Of a stretch of 64,000 bases of DNA, positions 27,071 through 44,391 are shown piece by piece. The stretch lies in the NCBI RefSeq assembly GCF_003334335.1, contig NZ_QOWQ01000004.1. One strand, 5' to 3'. The position numbers were made by a program, and so were the translations under genes. Origin of the DNA: Escherichia coli. Lineage in GTDB: Bacteria; Pseudomonadota; Gammaproteobacteria; Enterobacterales; Enterobacteriaceae. Position 1 is the stretch's first letter; the number at the start of each line of letters is the position of its first letter. Under the pieces are notes generated by a model that was given only the letters and a program-made list of their open reading frames with translations, was not told where the DNA came from and searched no databases.

Positions 27071-28314
27071 TGCGTTTATCTCTCCCTCGCCTGAAAATGC
27101 CGCGCCTGCCAGGATTCAGTATCCTGGTCTGGATCTCCACGGCGCTAAAGGGCTGGGTGATGGGCTCGCGGGAAAAAGATACCGACAGCCTGATCATGTA
27201 CGATCGCACCTTACTGTGGCTGACCTTCGGCCTCGCGGCGATTGGCTTTATCATGGTGACCTCGGCGTCAATGCCCATAGGGCAACGCTTAACCAACGAT
27301 CCGTTCTTCTTCGCGAAGCGTGATGGTGTCTATCTGATTTTGGCGTTTATTCTGGCGATCATTACGCTGCGTCTGCCGATGGAGTTCTGGCAACGCTACA
27401 GTGCCACGATGCTGCTCGGATCTATCATCCTGCTGATGATCGTCCTGGTAGTGGGTAGCTCGGTTAAAGGGGCATCGCGTTGGATCGATCTCGGTTTGCT
27501 GCGTATCCAGCCTGCGGAGCTGACAAAACTGTCGCTGTTTTGCTATATCGCCAACTATCTGGTGCGTAAAGGCGACGAAGTACGTAATAACCTGCGCGGC
27601 TTCCTGAAACCGATGGGCGTGATTCTGGTGTTGGCAGTGTTACTGCTGGCACAGCCAGACCTTGGTACGGTGGTGGTGTTGTTTGTGACTACGCTGGCGA
27701 TGTTGTTCCTGGCGGGAGCGAAATTGTGGCAGTTCATTGCCATTATCGGTATGGGCATTTCAGCGGTTGTGTTGCTGATACTCGCCGAACCGTACCGTAT
27801 CCGCCGTGTTACCGCATTCTGGAACCCGTGGGAAGATCCCTTTGGCAGCGGCTATCAGTTAACGCAATCGCTGATGGCGTTTGGTCGCGGCGAACTTTGG
27901 GGGCAAGGTTTAGGTAACTCGGTACAAAAACTGGAGTATCTGCCGGAAGCGCACACTGACTTTATTTTCGCCATTATCGGCGAAGAACTGGGGTATGTCG
28001 GTGTGGTGCTGGCACTTTTAATGGTATTCTTCGTCGCTTTTCGCGCGATGTCGATTGGCCGTAAAGCATTAGAAATTGACCACCGTTTTTCCGGTTTTCT
28101 CGCCTGTTCTATTGGCATCTGGTTTAGCTTCCAGGCGCTGGTTAACGTAGGCGCGGCGGCGGGGATGTTACCGACCAAAGGTCTGACATTGCCGCTGATC
28201 AGTTACGGTGGTTCGAGCTTACTGATTATGTCGACAGCCATCATGATGCTGTTGCGTATTGATTATGAAACGCGTCTGGAGAAAGCGCAGGCGTTTGTAC
28301 GAGGTTCACGATGA
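27070..28314 (+). CDS. ftsW: peptidoglycan glycosyltransferase FtsW (SEDS family)
   Basis: ORF 27067..28314 trimmed by one codon to [10 protein letters not shown]; polytopic membrane protein. Confidence 0.9.
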
Positions 28315-29378
28315 GTGGTCAAGGAAAGCGATTAATGGTGATGGCAGGCGGAACCGGTGGACATGTATTCCCGGGACTGGCGGTTGCGCACCATCTAATG
28401 GCTCAGGGTTGGCAAGTTCGCTGGCTGGGGACTGCCGACCGTATGGAAGCGGACTTAGTGCCAAAACATGGCATCGAAATTGATTTCATTCGTATCTCTG
28501 GTCTGCGTGGAAAAGGTATAAAAGCACTGATAGCTGCCCCGCTGCGTATCTTCAACGCCTGGCGTCAGGCGCGGGCGATTATGAAAGCGTACAAACCTGA
28601 CGTGGTGCTCGGTATGGGAGGCTACGTGTCAGGTCCAGGTGGTCTGGCCGCGTGGTCGTTAGGCATTCCGGTTGTACTTCATGAACAAAACGGTATTGCG
28701 GGCTTAACCAATAAATGGCTGGCGAAGATTGCCACCAAAGTGATGCAGGCGTTTCCAGGTGCTTTCCCTAATGCGGAAGTAGTGGGTAACCCGGTGCGTA
28801 CCGATGTGTTGGCGCTGCCGTTGCCGCAGCAACGTTTGGCTGGACGTGAAGGTCCGGTTCGTGTGCTGGTAGTGGGTGGTTCTCAGGGCGCACGCATTCT
28901 TAACCAGACAATGCCGCAGGTTGCTGCGAAACTGGGTGATTCAGTCACTATCTGGCATCAGAGCGGCAAAGGTTCGCAACAATCCGTTGAACAGGCGTAT
29001 GCCGAAGCGGGGCAACCGCAGCATAAAGTGACGGAATTTATTGATGATATGGCGGCGGCGTATGCGTGGGCGGATGTCGTCGTTTGCCGCTCCGGTGCGT
29101 TAACGGTGAGTGAAATCGCCGCGGCAGGACTACCGGCGTTGTTTGTGCCGTTTCAACATAAAGACCGCCAGCAATACTGGAATGCGCTACCGCTGGAAAA
29201 AGCGGGCGCAGCCAAAATTATCGAGCAGCCACAGCTTAGCGTGGATGCTGTCGCCAACACCCTGGCCGGGTGGTCGCGAGAAACCTTATTAACCATGGCA
29301 GAACGCGCCCGCGCTGCATCCATTCCGGATGCCACCGAGCGAGTGGCAAATGAAGTGAGCCGGGTTGCCCGGGCGTAA
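28311..29378 (+). CDS. murG: UDP-GlcNAc:lipid I GlcNAc transferase
   Basis: 355-aa ORF; glycosyltransferase family 28; ATGA overlap with ftsW. Confidence 0.95.
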
Positions 29379-29431
29379 TTGTAGCGATGCCTTTTGCATC
29401 GTATGAATTTAAGAAGTTAATGGCGTAAAGA

Positions 29432-31820
<2,389 letters not shown>

Positions 31821-31821
31821 T

Positions 31822-32652
31822 ATGTCGCAGGCTGCTCTGAACACGCGAAACAGCGAAGAAGAGGTTTCTTCTCGCCGCAATAATGGAACGCGTCTGGCGG
31901 GGATCCTTTTCCTGCTGACCGTTTTAACGACAGTGTTGGTGAGCGGCTGGGTCGTGTTGGGCTGGATGGAAGATGCGCAACGCCTGCCGCTCTCAAAGCT
32001 GGTGTTGACCGGTGAACGCCATTACACACGTAATGACGATATCCGGCAGTCGATCCTGGCATTGGGTGAGCCGGGTACCTTTATGACCCAGGATGTCAAC
32101 ATCATCCAGACGCAAATAGAACAACGCCTGCCGTGGATTAAGCAGGTGAGCGTCAGAAAGCAGTGGCCTGATGAATTGAAGATTCATCTGGTTGAATATG
32201 TGCCGATTGCGCGGTGGAATGATCAACATATGGTAGACGCGGAAGGAAATACCTTCAGCGTGCCGCCAGAACGCACCAGCAAGCAGGTGCTTCCAATGCT
32301 GTATGGCCCGGAAGGCAGCGCCAATGAAGTGTTGCAGGGCTATCGCGAAATGGGGCAGATGCTGGCAAAGGACAGATTTACTCTGAAGGAAGCGGCGATG
32401 ACCGCGCGGCGTTCCTGGCAGTTGACGCTGAATAACGATATTAAGCTCAATCTTGGCCGGGGCGATACGATGAAACGTTTGGCTCGCTTTGTAGAACTTT
32501 ATCCGGTTTTACAGCAGCAGGCGCAAACCGATGGCAAACGGATTAGCTACGTTGATTTGCGTTATGACTCTGGAGCGGCAGTAGGCTGGGCGCCCTTGCC
32601 GCCAGAGGAATCTACTCAGCAACAAAATCAGGCACAGGCAGAACAACAATGA
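31822..32652 (+). CDS. ftsQ: cell division protein FtsQ
   Basis: 276-aa ORF; N-terminal TM then POTRA-like periplasmic domain. Confidence 0.9.
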   Translation: MSQAALNTRNSEEEVSSRRNNGTRLAGILFLLTVLTTVLVSGWVVLGWMEDAQRLPLSKLVLTGERHYTRNDDIRQSILALGEPGTFMTQDVNIIQTQIEQRLPWIKQVSVRKQWPDELKIHLVEYVPIARWNDQHMVDAEGNTFSVPPERTSKQVLPMLYGPEGSANEVLQGYREMGQMLAKDRFTLKEAAMTARRSWQLTLNNDIKLNLGRGDTMKRLARFVELYPVLQQQAQTDGKRISYVDLRYDSGAAVGWAPLPPEESTQQQNQAQAEQQ

Positions 32653-33911
32653 TCAAGGCGACGGACAGAAAACTGGTAGTAGGACTGGAGATTGGTACCG
32701 CGAAGGTTGCCGCTTTAGTAGGGGAAGTTCTGCCCGACGGTATGGTCAATATCATTGGCGTGGGCAGCTGCCCGTCGCGTGGTATGGATAAAGGCGGGGT
32801 GAACGACCTCGAATCCGTGGTCAAGTGCGTACAACGCGCCATTGACCAGGCAGAATTGATGGCAGATTGTCAGATCTCTTCGGTATATCTGGCGCTTTCT
32901 GGTAAGCACATCAGCTGCCAGAATGAAATTGGTATGGTGCCTATTTCTGAAGAAGAAGTGACGCAAGAAGATGTGGAAAACGTCGTCCATACCGCGAAAT
33001 CGGTGCGTGTGCGCGATGAGCATCGTGTGCTGCATGTGATCCCGCAAGAGTATGCGATTGACTATCAGGAAGGGATCAAGAATCCGGTAGGACTTTCGGG
33101 CGTGCGGATGCAGGCAAAAGTGCACCTGATCACATGTCACAACGATATGGCGAAAAACATCGTCAAAGCGGTTGAACGTTGTGGGCTGAAAGTTGACCAA
33201 CTGATATTTGCCGGACTGGCATCAAGTTATTCGGTATTGACGGAAGATGAACGTGAACTGGGTGTCTGCGTCGTCGATATCGGTGGTGGTACAATGGATA
33301 TCGCCGTTTATACCGGTGGGGCATTGCGCCACACTAAGGTAATTCCTTATGCTGGCAATGTCGTGACCAGTGATATCGCTTACGCCTTTGGCACGCCGCC
33401 AAGCGACGCCGAAGCGATTAAAGTTCGCCACGGTTGTGCGCTGGGTTCCATCGTTGGAAAAGATGAGAGCGTGGAAGTGCCGAGCGTAGGTGGTCGTCCG
33501 CCACGGAGTCTGCAACGTCAGACACTGGCAGAGGTGATCGAGCCGCGCTATACCGAGCTGCTCAACCTGGTCAACGAAGAGATATTGCAGTTGCAGGAAA
33601 AGCTTCGCCAACAAGGGGTTAAACATCACCTGGCGGCAGGCATTGTATTAACCGGTGGCGCAGCGCAGATCGAAGGTCTTGCAGCCTGTGCTCAGCGCGT
33701 GTTTCATACGCAAGTGCGTATCGGCGCGCCGCTGAACATTACCGGTTTAACGGATTATGCTCAGGAGCCGTATTATTCGACGGCGGTGGGATTGCTTCAC
33801 TATGGGAAAGAGTCACATCTTAACGGTGAAGCTGAAGTAGAAAAACGTGTTACAGCATCAGTTGGCTCGTGGATCAAGCGACTCAATAGTTGGCTGCGAA
33901 AAGAGTTTTAA
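32649..33911 (+). CDS. ftsA: cell division protein FtsA (actin-like ATPase)
   Basis: 420-aa ORF; actin/Hsp70 fold; ATGA overlap with ftsQ. Confidence 0.95.
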   Translation: MIKATDRKLVVGLEIGTAKVAALVGEVLPDGMVNIIGVGSCPSRGMDKGGVNDLESVVKCVQRAIDQAELMADCQISSVYLALSGKHISCQNEIGMVPISEEEVTQEDVENVVHTAKSVRVRDEHRVLHVIPQEYAIDYQEGIKNPVGLSGVRMQAKVHLITCHNDMAKNIVKAVERCGLKVDQLIFAGLASSYSVLTEDERELGVCVVDIGGGTMDIAVYTGGALRHTKVIPYAGNVVTSDIAYAFGTPPSDAEAIKVRHGCALGSIVGKDESVEVPSVGGRPPRSLQRQTLAEVIEPRYTELLNLVNEEILQLQEKLRQQGVKHHLAAGIVLTGGAAQIEGLAACAQRVFHTQVRIGAPLNITGLTDYAQEPYYSTAVGLLHYGKESHLNGEAEVEKRVTASVGSWIKRLNSWLRKEF

Positions 33912-33971
33912 TTTTTATGAGGCCGACGATGATTACGGCCTCAGGCGACAGGCACAAATCGGAGAGAAACT

Positions 33972-35123
33972 ATGTTTGAACCAATGGAACTTACCAATGA
34001 CGCGGTGATTAAAGTCATCGGCGTCGGCGGCGGCGGCGGTAATGCTGTTGAACACATGGTGCGCGAGCGCATTGAAGGTGTTGAATTCTTCGCGGTAAAT
34101 ACCGATGCACAAGCGCTGCGTAAAACAGCGGTTGGACAGACGATTCAAATCGGTAGCGGTATCACCAAAGGACTGGGCGCTGGCGCTAATCCAGAAGTTG
34201 GCCGCAATGCGGCTGATGAGGATCGCGATGCATTGCGTGCGGCGCTGGAAGGTGCAGACATGGTCTTTATTGCTGCGGGTATGGGTGGTGGTACCGGTAC
34301 AGGTGCAGCACCAGTCGTCGCTGAAGTGGCAAAAGATTTGGGTATCCTGACCGTTGCTGTCGTCACTAAGCCTTTCAACTTTGAAGGCAAGAAGCGTATG
34401 GCATTCGCGGAGCAGGGGATCACTGAACTGTCCAAGCATGTGGACTCTCTGATCACTATCCCGAACGACAAACTGCTGAAAGTTCTGGGCCGCGGTATCT
34501 CCCTGCTGGATGCGTTTGGCGCAGCGAACGATGTACTGAAAGGCGCTGTGCAAGGTATCGCTGAACTGATTACTCGTCCGGGTTTGATGAACGTGGACTT
34601 TGCAGACGTACGCACCGTAATGTCTGAGATGGGCTACGCAATGATGGGTTCTGGCGTGGCGAGCGGTGAAGACCGTGCGGAAGAAGCTGCTGAAATGGCT
34701 ATCTCTTCTCCGCTGCTGGAAGATATCGACCTGTCTGGCGCGCGCGGCGTGCTGGTTAACATCACGGCGGGCTTCGACCTGCGTCTGGATGAGTTCGAAA
34801 CGGTAGGTAACACCATCCGTGCATTTGCTTCCGACAACGCGACTGTGGTTATCGGTACTTCTCTTGACCCGGATATGAATGACGAGCTGCGCGTAACCGT
34901 TGTTGCGACAGGTATCGGCATGGACAAACGTCCTGAAATCACTCTGGTGACCAATAAGCAGGTTCAGCAGCCAGTGATGGATCGCTACCAGCAGCATGGG
35001 ATGGCTCCGCTGACCCAGGAGCAGAAGCCGGTTGCTAAAGTCGTGAATGACAATGCGCCGCAAACTGCGAAAGAGCCGGATTATCTGGATATCCCAGCAT
35101 TCCTGCGTAAGCAAGCTGATTAA
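33972..35123 (+). CDS. ftsZ: cell division GTPase FtsZ
   Basis: 383-aa ORF; tubulin signature [12 protein letters not shown]; C-terminal [14 protein letters not shown]. Confidence 0.97.
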
Positions 35124-35202
35124 GAATTGACTGGAATTTGGGTTTCGAGGCTCTTTGTGCTAAACTGGCCCGCCGAATGTATAGTACACTTCGGTTGGAT
35201 AG

Positions 35203-36141
<939 letters not shown>

Positions 36142-36203
36142 CGACATTTATACTGTCGTATAAAATTCGACTGGCAAATCTGGCACTCTCTCCGGCCAGG
36201 TGA

Positions 36204-36884
<681 letters not shown>

Positions 36885-36945
36885 CAACAATAAACCTTTA
36901 CTTCATTTTATTAACTCCGCAACGCGGGGCGTTTGAGATTTTATT

Positions 36946-39651
36946 ATGCTAATCAAATTGTTAACTAAAGTTTTCGGTAGTCGTAACGATCGCACCCTGC
37001 GCCGGATGCGCAAAGTGGTCAACATCATCAATGCCATGGAACCGGAGATGGAAAAACTCTCCGACGAAGAACTGAAAGGGAAAACCGCAGAGTTTCGTGC
37101 ACGTCTGGAAAAAGGCGAAGTGCTGGAAAATCTGATCCCGGAAGCTTTCGCCGTGGTACGTGAGGCAAGTAAGCGCGTCTTTGGTATGCGTCACTTCGAC
37201 GTTCAGTTACTCGGCGGTATGGTTCTTAACGAACGCTGCATCGCCGAAATGCGTACCGGTGAAGGAAAAACCCTGACCGCAACGCTGCCTGCTTACCTGA
37301 ACGCACTAACCGGTAAAGGCGTGCACGTAGTTACCGTCAACGACTACCTGGCGCAACGTGACGCCGAAAACAACCGTCCGCTGTTTGAATTCCTTGGCCT
37401 GACTGTCGGTATCAACCTGCCGGGCATGCCAGCACCGGCAAAGCGCGAAGCTTACGCAGCTGACATCACTTACGGTACGAACAACGAATACGGCTTTGAC
37501 TACCTGCGCGACAACATGGCGTTCAGCCCTGAAGAACGTGTACAGCGTAAACTGCACTATGCGCTGGTGGACGAAGTGGACTCCATCCTGATCGATGAAG
37601 CGCGTACACCGCTGATCATTTCCGGCCCGGCAGAAGACAGCTCGGAAATGTATAAACGCGTGAATAAAATTATTCCGCACCTGATCCGTCAGGAAAAAGA
37701 AGACTCCGAAACCTTCCAGGGCGAAGGCCACTTCTCGGTGGACGAAAAATCTCGCCAGGTGAACCTGACCGAACGTGGTCTGGTGCTGATTGAAGAACTG
37801 CTGGTGAAAGAGGGCATCATGGATGAAGGGGAGTCTCTGTACTCTCCGGCCAACATCATGCTGATGCACCACGTAACGGCGGCGCTGCGCGCTCATGCGC
37901 TGTTTACCCGTGACGTCGACTACATCGTTAAAGATGGTGAAGTTATCATCGTTGACGAACACACCGGTCGTACCATGCAGGGCCGTCGCTGGTCCGATGG
38001 TCTGCACCAGGCTGTGGAAGCGAAAGAAGGTGTGCAGATCCAGAACGAAAACCAAACGCTGGCTTCGATCACCTTCCAGAACTACTTCCGTCTGTATGAA
38101 AAACTGGCGGGGATGACCGGTACTGCTGATACCGAAGCTTTCGAATTTAGCTCAATCTACAAGCTGGATACCGTCGTTGTTCCGACCAACCGTCCAATGA
38201 TTCGTAAAGATCTGCCGGACCTGGTCTACATGACTGAAGCGGAAAAAATTCAGGCGATCATTGAAGATATCAAAGAACGTACTGCGAAAGGCCAGCCGGT
38301 GCTGGTGGGTACTATCTCCATCGAAAAATCGGAGCTGGTGTCAAACGAACTGACCAAAGCCGGTATTAAGCACAACGTCCTGAACGCCAAATTCCACGCC
38401 AACGAAGCGGCGATTGTTGCTCAGGCAGGTTATCCGGCTGCGGTGACTATCGCGACCAATATGGCGGGTCGTGGTACAGATATTGTGCTCGGTGGTAGCT
38501 GGCAGGCAGAAGTTGCCGCGCTGGAAAATCCGACCGCAGAGCAAATTGAAAAAATTAAAGCCGACTGGCAGGTACGTCACGATGCGGTACTGGAAGCAGG
38601 TGGCCTGCATATCATCGGTACCGAGCGTCACGAATCCCGTCGTATCGATAACCAGTTGCGCGGTCGTTCTGGTCGTCAGGGGGATGCTGGTTCTTCCCGT
38701 TTCTACCTGTCGATGGAAGATGCGCTGATGCGTATTTTTGCTTCCGACCGAGTATCCGGCATGATGCGTAAACTGGGTATGAAGCCAGGCGAAGCCATTG
38801 AACACCCGTGGGTGACTAAAGCGATTGCCAACGCCCAGCGTAAAGTTGAAAGCCGTAACTTCGACATTCGTAAGCAACTGCTGGAATATGATGACGTGGC
38901 TAACGATCAGCGTCGCGCCATTTACTCCCAGCGTAACGAACTGTTGGATGTCAGCGATGTGAGCGAAACCATTAACAGCATTCGTGAAGATGTGTTCAAA
39001 GCGACCATTGATGCCTACATTCCACCACAGTCGCTGGAAGAAATGTGGGATATTCCGGGGCTGCAGGAACGTCTGAAGAACGATTTCGACCTCGATTTGC
39101 CAATTGCCGAGTGGCTGGATAAAGAACCAGAACTGCATGAAGAGACGCTGCGTGAGCGCATTCTGGCGCAGTCCATCGAAGTGTATCAGCGTAAAGAAGA
39201 AGTGGTTGGTGCTGAGATGATGCGTCACTTCGAGAAAGGCGTCATGCTGCAAACGCTTGACTCCCTGTGGAAAGAGCACCTGGCAGCGATGGACTATCTG
39301 CGTCAGGGTATCCACCTGCGTGGCTACGCACAGAAAGATCCGAAGCAGGAATACAAACGTGAATCGTTCTCCATGTTTGCAGCGATGCTGGAGTCGTTGA
39401 AATATGAAGTTATCAGTACGCTGAGCAAAGTTCAGGTACGTATGCCTGAAGAGGTTGAGGAGCTGGAACAACAGCGTCGTATGGAAGCCGAGCGTTTAGC
39501 GCAAATGCAGCAGCTTAGCCATCAGGATGACGACTCTGCAGCCGCAGCTGCACTGGCGGCGCAAACCGGAGAGCGCAAAGTAGGACGTAACGATCCTTGC
39601 CCGTGCGGTTCTGGTAAAAAATACAAGCAGTGCCATGGCCGCCTGCAATAA
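36946..39651 (+). CDS. secA: preprotein translocase ATPase SecA
   Basis: 901-aa ORF; Walker A MRTGEGKT; C-terminal zinc motif [14 protein letters not shown]. Confidence 0.97.
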
Positions 39652-39672
39652 AAGCTAACTGTTGAAGTAAAA

Positions 39673-39696
39673 GGCGCAGGATTCTGCGCCTTTTTT
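39673..39696 (+). terminator. candidate intrinsic terminator/attenuating hairpin between secA and mutT
   Basis: GGCGCAGGATTCTGCGCC followed by TTTTTT. Confidence 0.55.
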
Positions 39697-39710
39697 ATAG
39701 GTTTAAGACA

Positions 39711-40096
39711 ATGAAAAAGCTGCAAATTGCGGTAGGTATTATTCGCAACGAGAACAATGAAATCTTTATAACGCGTCGCGCAGCAGATGCGCACATGGCG
39801 AATAAACTGGAGTTTCCCGGCGGTAAAATTGAAATGGGTGAAACGCCGGAACAGGCGGTGGTGCGTGAACTTCAGGAAGAAGTCGGGATTACCCCCCAAC
39901 ATTTTTCGCTATTTGAAAAACTGGAATATGAATTCCCGGACAGGCATATAACACTGTGGTTTTGGCTGGTCGAACGCTGGGAAGGGGAGCCGTGGGGTAA
40001 AGAAGGGCAACCCGGTGAGTGGATGTCGCTGGTCGGTCTTAATGCCGATGATTTTCCGCCAGCCAATGAACCGGTAATTGCGAAGCTTAAACGTCT

Positions 40097-40100
<4 letters not shown>
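39711..40100 (+). CDS. mutT: 8-oxo-dGTP diphosphatase (Nudix)
   Basis: 129-aa ORF; Nudix box GGKIEMGETPEQAVVRELQEEVGI. Confidence 0.9.
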
Positions 40101-40300
<200 letters not shown>

Positions 40301-40315
40301 GGCATCAGACAAATG

Positions 40316-40513
40316 TCACTGCTTTGGTTCTTCGCTCCAGTCATCGCTTTCGGAAAGATCGCCACTGCTGGGGATTCGTTTTTCTTCAGCAGCCCATTCT
40401 CCGAGGTCGATCAGCTGACAACGTTTGGAGCAAAATGGCCGAAACGGGCTGATTTCACCCCACACCACCGTTTTCCCGCAGGTTGGGCAATTCACCGTAA
40501 TAGTTTCTGACAT
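40316..40513 (-). CDS. yacG: DNA gyrase inhibitor YacG (zinc ribbon)
   Basis: 65-aa ORF; CPTCGK...CSKRCQ zinc-binding motif, acidic C-terminus. Confidence 0.85.
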
Positions 40514-40522
40514 TTTTACTCC

Positions 40523-41266
40523 TTAGCAACAGGCCAGTTCGAAATCCAGACGTTCCGGTACCTGTCCGTTTTCAGTGTCCAGCGGCATAAAACGAATGGC
40601 AAAACGGCTCTTATGTCCGGAAATTTGCGGATAAAGCTGTGAATCGAGCGACAGATTCAGGCGCAGCAAGTCGGCATCGCCACCGTTATCCTGATAAAAA
40701 CCATTCAGGCTGGTTTGTTTACGGAAGGGGGCCGACTGGCGAATTAAATCCAGCACCATGGTAAGTGCCTGGGTGAGCGGGTTCAGGCTGGCAATCCAGG
40801 TTTCTACCTGGCTGTCGCGCTGCGCCTGGGGTAGATGCAGCCAAATGTGCAATGTAGGTAAATCAAAGCTGCAACAGCCGCCTGGGATGCTCAGTCGCTG
40901 ACGCACCAGAGCAATCAAACGATCTTCACGCAGAAATTGCCCGATACGCGGCGCGGAAATTAATACGCTCCCCGCCGCTTTTAACTGCTGAATTAATGCT
41001 TCAATACGGCTCTGGTCCACGCCAGGCACGCCAATCCAGGTCTGGAGTTTACGTTGCTGCCGGTCAAGTTCTTTCAACAGCTCAGTGCGGACTTCGCCGC
41101 GCTCGAAAACATCCAGTAATTCACTGACATTACGGAAGAAATGCAGCGCGCCAGCGTGGTCAACGATGGGTAAATTAACGGTGAGTTGCTGAATCAAAAA
41201 CTCAATGCGCAGCCATGTACGCATTTTTTCATTTAGTGGATGTTCAAAAAGGACCTGGGTCTGCAT
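40523..41266 (-). CDS. zapD: FtsZ-associated cell division protein ZapD
   Basis: 247-aa ORF recognised as ZapD (YacF); shares one base with coaE stop. Confidence 0.85.
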
Positions 41267-41886
41267 TACGGTTTTTCCTGTGAGACAAACTGCGACGCAA
41301 GCTGCAAATAGTGTGCGTGCAGGCGGGCAACATCCGATGCGATAGCATCCGGTGCGCCGTTATTATCAATGACGTCATCTGCCACGGCAAGGCGGGCTTC
41401 GCGCGTTGCCTGAGCAGCAAGGATTTGTTCGACATGCTCGCGAGTTACATCATCGCGCTGCATGGTGCGCTTAAGTTGCGTTTCTGGGCTGACATCCACC
41501 ACAAGCACTCGATTCGCTTTTTTATACAGTGAGTTTTCTACCAGCAATGGCACAACCCACAGTACATAGGGGGAAGTAGCTTGCTGGATCTGGTGTTGCG
41601 TCTCTTGCTGAATCAGCGGATGCAGCAGGGCGTTAAGCCAGTTTTTCTCTTCCGGGTTGGCGAAGATCCGCTCGCGCAAGGCCCGGCGCTGCAATGTTCC
41701 ATCAGCAGCAATCATGTTAGCGCCAAAGTGATCAGCAATGGCATGTAGCGCAGGTGCACCTGGTTCAACCACCTGACGCGCAATAATATCGGCATCAATG
41801 ACGTTAATTCCGAGATCAGCAAACGCATTGGCAACGGTACTCTTGCCACTGCCAATGCCTCCCGTTAAGGCAACTATATACCTCAT
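41266..41886 (-). CDS. coaE: dephospho-CoA kinase
   Basis: 206-aa ORF; P-loop GGIGSGKST. Confidence 0.9.
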
Positions 41887-42110
41887 AATTTATATTCCCG
41901 GGAATTCATCATGATTATCAAAACGTTAAAAATGAGTGCACGAAAGCGAAATTGATGAAACGTTCGCTCACTATTTACCAGGTAAATTTATGGGATTGTA
42001 GCGTAAAAAAAGACAATTTCGCAGTCTTGCGCCGCATTGATTAGTGCGTATGATAGCGTCACTGGAGTTGCGCTCTTACCCTTATAGCCATTAACCCCAG
42101 GAATCCGCAC

Positions 42111-43154
42111 ATGCGTATTGAAGAAGATCTGAAGTTAGGTTTTAAAGACGTTCTCATCCGCCCTAAACGCTCCACTCTTAAAAGCCGTTCCGATGTTGAA
42201 CTGGAACGTCAATTCACCTTCAAACATTCAGGTCAGAGCTGGTCCGGCGTGCCGATTATCGCCGCAAATATGGACACCGTAGGCACATTTTCTATGGCCT
42301 CTGCGCTGGCTTCTTTTGATATTTTGACTGCTGTGCATAAACACTATTCTGTCGAAGAGTGGCAAGCGTTTATCAACAATTCTTCCGCTGATGTGCTGAA
42401 ACATGTGATGGTTTCTACCGGTACGTCTGATGCGGATTTCGAAAAAACTAAACAGATTCTCGACCTGAACCCGGCATTAAACTTCGTTTGTATTGACGTG
42501 GCGAATGGTTATTCCGAACACTTCGTGCAGTTCGTTGCGAAAGCGCGTGAAGCGTGGCCGACCAAAACCATTTGTGCTGGTAACGTAGTGACTGGTGAAA
42601 TGTGTGAGGAGCTTATCCTCTCAGGTGCCGATATCGTTAAAGTTGGCATTGGCCCAGGTTCTGTTTGTACAACTCGCGTCAAAACAGGCGTCGGTTATCC
42701 GCAACTTTCTGCGGTAATCGAATGTGCCGATGCTGCGCACGGTCTGGGCGGAATGATCGTCAGCGATGGTGGCTGCACCACGCCGGGCGATGTGGCGAAA
42801 GCCTTTGGCGGCGGTGCCGATTTCGTCATGCTTGGCGGCATGCTGGCGGGCCACGAAGAGAGCGGCGGTCGCATCGTTGAGGAGAACGGCGAGAAATTTA
42901 TGCTGTTCTACGGCATGAGCTCCGAGTCTGCGATGAAACGTCACGTTGGCGGCGTTGCGGAATATCGCGCAGCAGAAGGTAAAACCGTTAAGCTGCCGCT
43001 GCGAGGCCCGGTTGAAAATACCGCGCGAGATATTTTGGGCGGCCTGCGTTCAGCTTGTACATACGTTGGGGCTTCACGCCTGAAAGAGCTGACCAAGCGC
43101 ACCACGTTTATTCGTGTGCAGGAACAAGAAAACCGCATCTTCAACAACCTGTAA
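42111..43154 (+). CDS. guaC: GMP reductase
   Basis: 347-aa ORF; IMPDH/GMP reductase TIM barrel with catalytic Cys loop ([11 protein letters not shown]). Confidence 0.95.
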
Positions 43155-43160
43155 TCTCCC

Positions 43161-43190
43161 AACGCTGGCGTGGAGCAACACGCCAGCGTT
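43161..43190. terminator. perfect 12-bp-stem hairpin between convergent guaC and hofC
   Basis: AACGCTGGCGTG-GAGCAA-CACGCCAGCGTT; no T-run, so classification as terminator is tentative. Confidence 0.4.
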
Positions 43191-44391
43191 ATCCCATCCC
43201 ACTCATCGCATCGCCTAAATGGAAAATTGGCAGATACATTGCCACCACCAGCGTACCAATAATTCCTCCCGTTATGATCAGCAACGCCGGTTCCAGTAAG
43301 GCTGCGAGGTTATCCGCCAGCGCCATTGTGTTTTCCCGATGATGATGGGCGAGGTTGTCTAACATGAGATCCAGAGAGCCGGATGCCTCTCCTGTTCTCA
43401 CTAATTGCAAACAGAGCGGGCTAAACTCACCGGTATTTTTTAGCGCCAGCCAGATGGGTTGACCGTTACTGATATCGTGCTGGATTTGTGTCAGAAGTTG
43501 CACCCAGTACGGGCAGCGCATTGTTTCTCTGACGCTCTCTACGCCCTGTAAAAAAGTAATGCCTGCACTTTGTGTCAGCGCCAGAATCGTAAAGATCTGC
43601 GTGAGTTTTTGTCCCCGCATCAGTGAACCCATAATCGGGATGCGTAACAGCAATTTCTGCCGCACTATAAGCCAGGTCGGTCGGCGCATCAGCAACTTAT
43701 TGGCTATCGCCAGCAGAAAGCCGAACAACACCAGCAGCCAGCTCCATTCGCCACTAAAGTCTGCCAGCGTCATGATCCCCTGCGTTAGTGCCGGTAGTGG
43801 GGTGTTGAAGGTCTTATAGATAGCGGCAAACTCCGGCAGAACAAAATGCAGCATTGCCACAACCACCATGATTGCCATCGCTAAAATGATGATGGGATAA
43901 CGTAACGCTGATTTCACTTTGTCGGTCAACTGACGCTGGGCTTTTTGCTGACGCGCCAGTTCAAAGCAGCATTCATCCAGCTTACCGGTCAGTTCACCCG
44001 TGCGGATCATCGCCTGATAGAGCGGCGGAAATACCTCTGACCAGGGTAATAAGGCATTGGAAAAAGCAATGCCCTGTTCGAGATCGTGCGCCAGCGATTG
44101 CAGCAACGCTTGCCATTGCTTACTGGGATGCTGTTCCGCCAGCAGAGCCAGCCCTTCAGAAAGCGTTAACCCTGCTTTGAGTAGCGTCGCCAGTTGATGA
44201 ATGACTTCCGCGCTTTTATCTCCTCGCCACTGCGCAGAATTGATGGCGATTCGCTTCAGGCTTAGTGGGGTAACCATCTGTTGCTGTAGTGCCATAAGCA
44301 GTAAAGTACGGCTCTCTGCCCATAGCATCCCATCTTGCGCATTGCCGTCGCCGGTTATGCCATGCCAGCGCCAGAGTTGCTTACTCGCCAT
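43189..44391 (-). CDS. hofC: type IV pilus assembly inner-membrane platform protein (GspF/PilC family)
   Basis: 400-aa ORF, duplicated GspF domain with TM helices; downstream of hofB. Confidence 0.85.
   Translation of the reverse strand: MASKQLWRWHGITGDGNAQDGMLWAESRTLLLMALQQQMVTPLSLKRIAINSAQWRGDKSAEVIHQLATLLKAGLTLSEGLALLAEQHPSKQWQALLQSLAHDLEQGIAFSNALLPWSEVFPPLYQAMIRTGELTGKLDECCFELARQQKAQRQLTDKVKSALRYPIIILAMAIMVVVAMLHFVLPEFAAIYKTFNTPLPALTQGIMTLADFSGEWSWLLVLFGFLLAIANKLLMRRPTWLIVRQKLLLRIPIMGSLMRGQKLTQIFTILALTQSAGITFLQGVESVRETMRCPYWVQLLTQIQHDISNGQPIWLALKNTGEFSPLCLQLVRTGEASGSLDLMLDNLAHHHRENTMALADNLAALLEPALLIITGGIIGTLVVAMYLPIFHLGDAMSGMG

Noticed and set aside
33933-35114. 393-aa minus-strand ORF antisense to ftsZ
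   Set aside because: Same codon-aligned shadow-frame explanation as for aceE; it lies entirely inside a highly conserved essential gene.
38341-39471. 376-aa minus-strand ORF antisense to secA (also 37306..38055)
   Set aside because: Codon-aligned shadow frames within secA; no evidence for independent expression.
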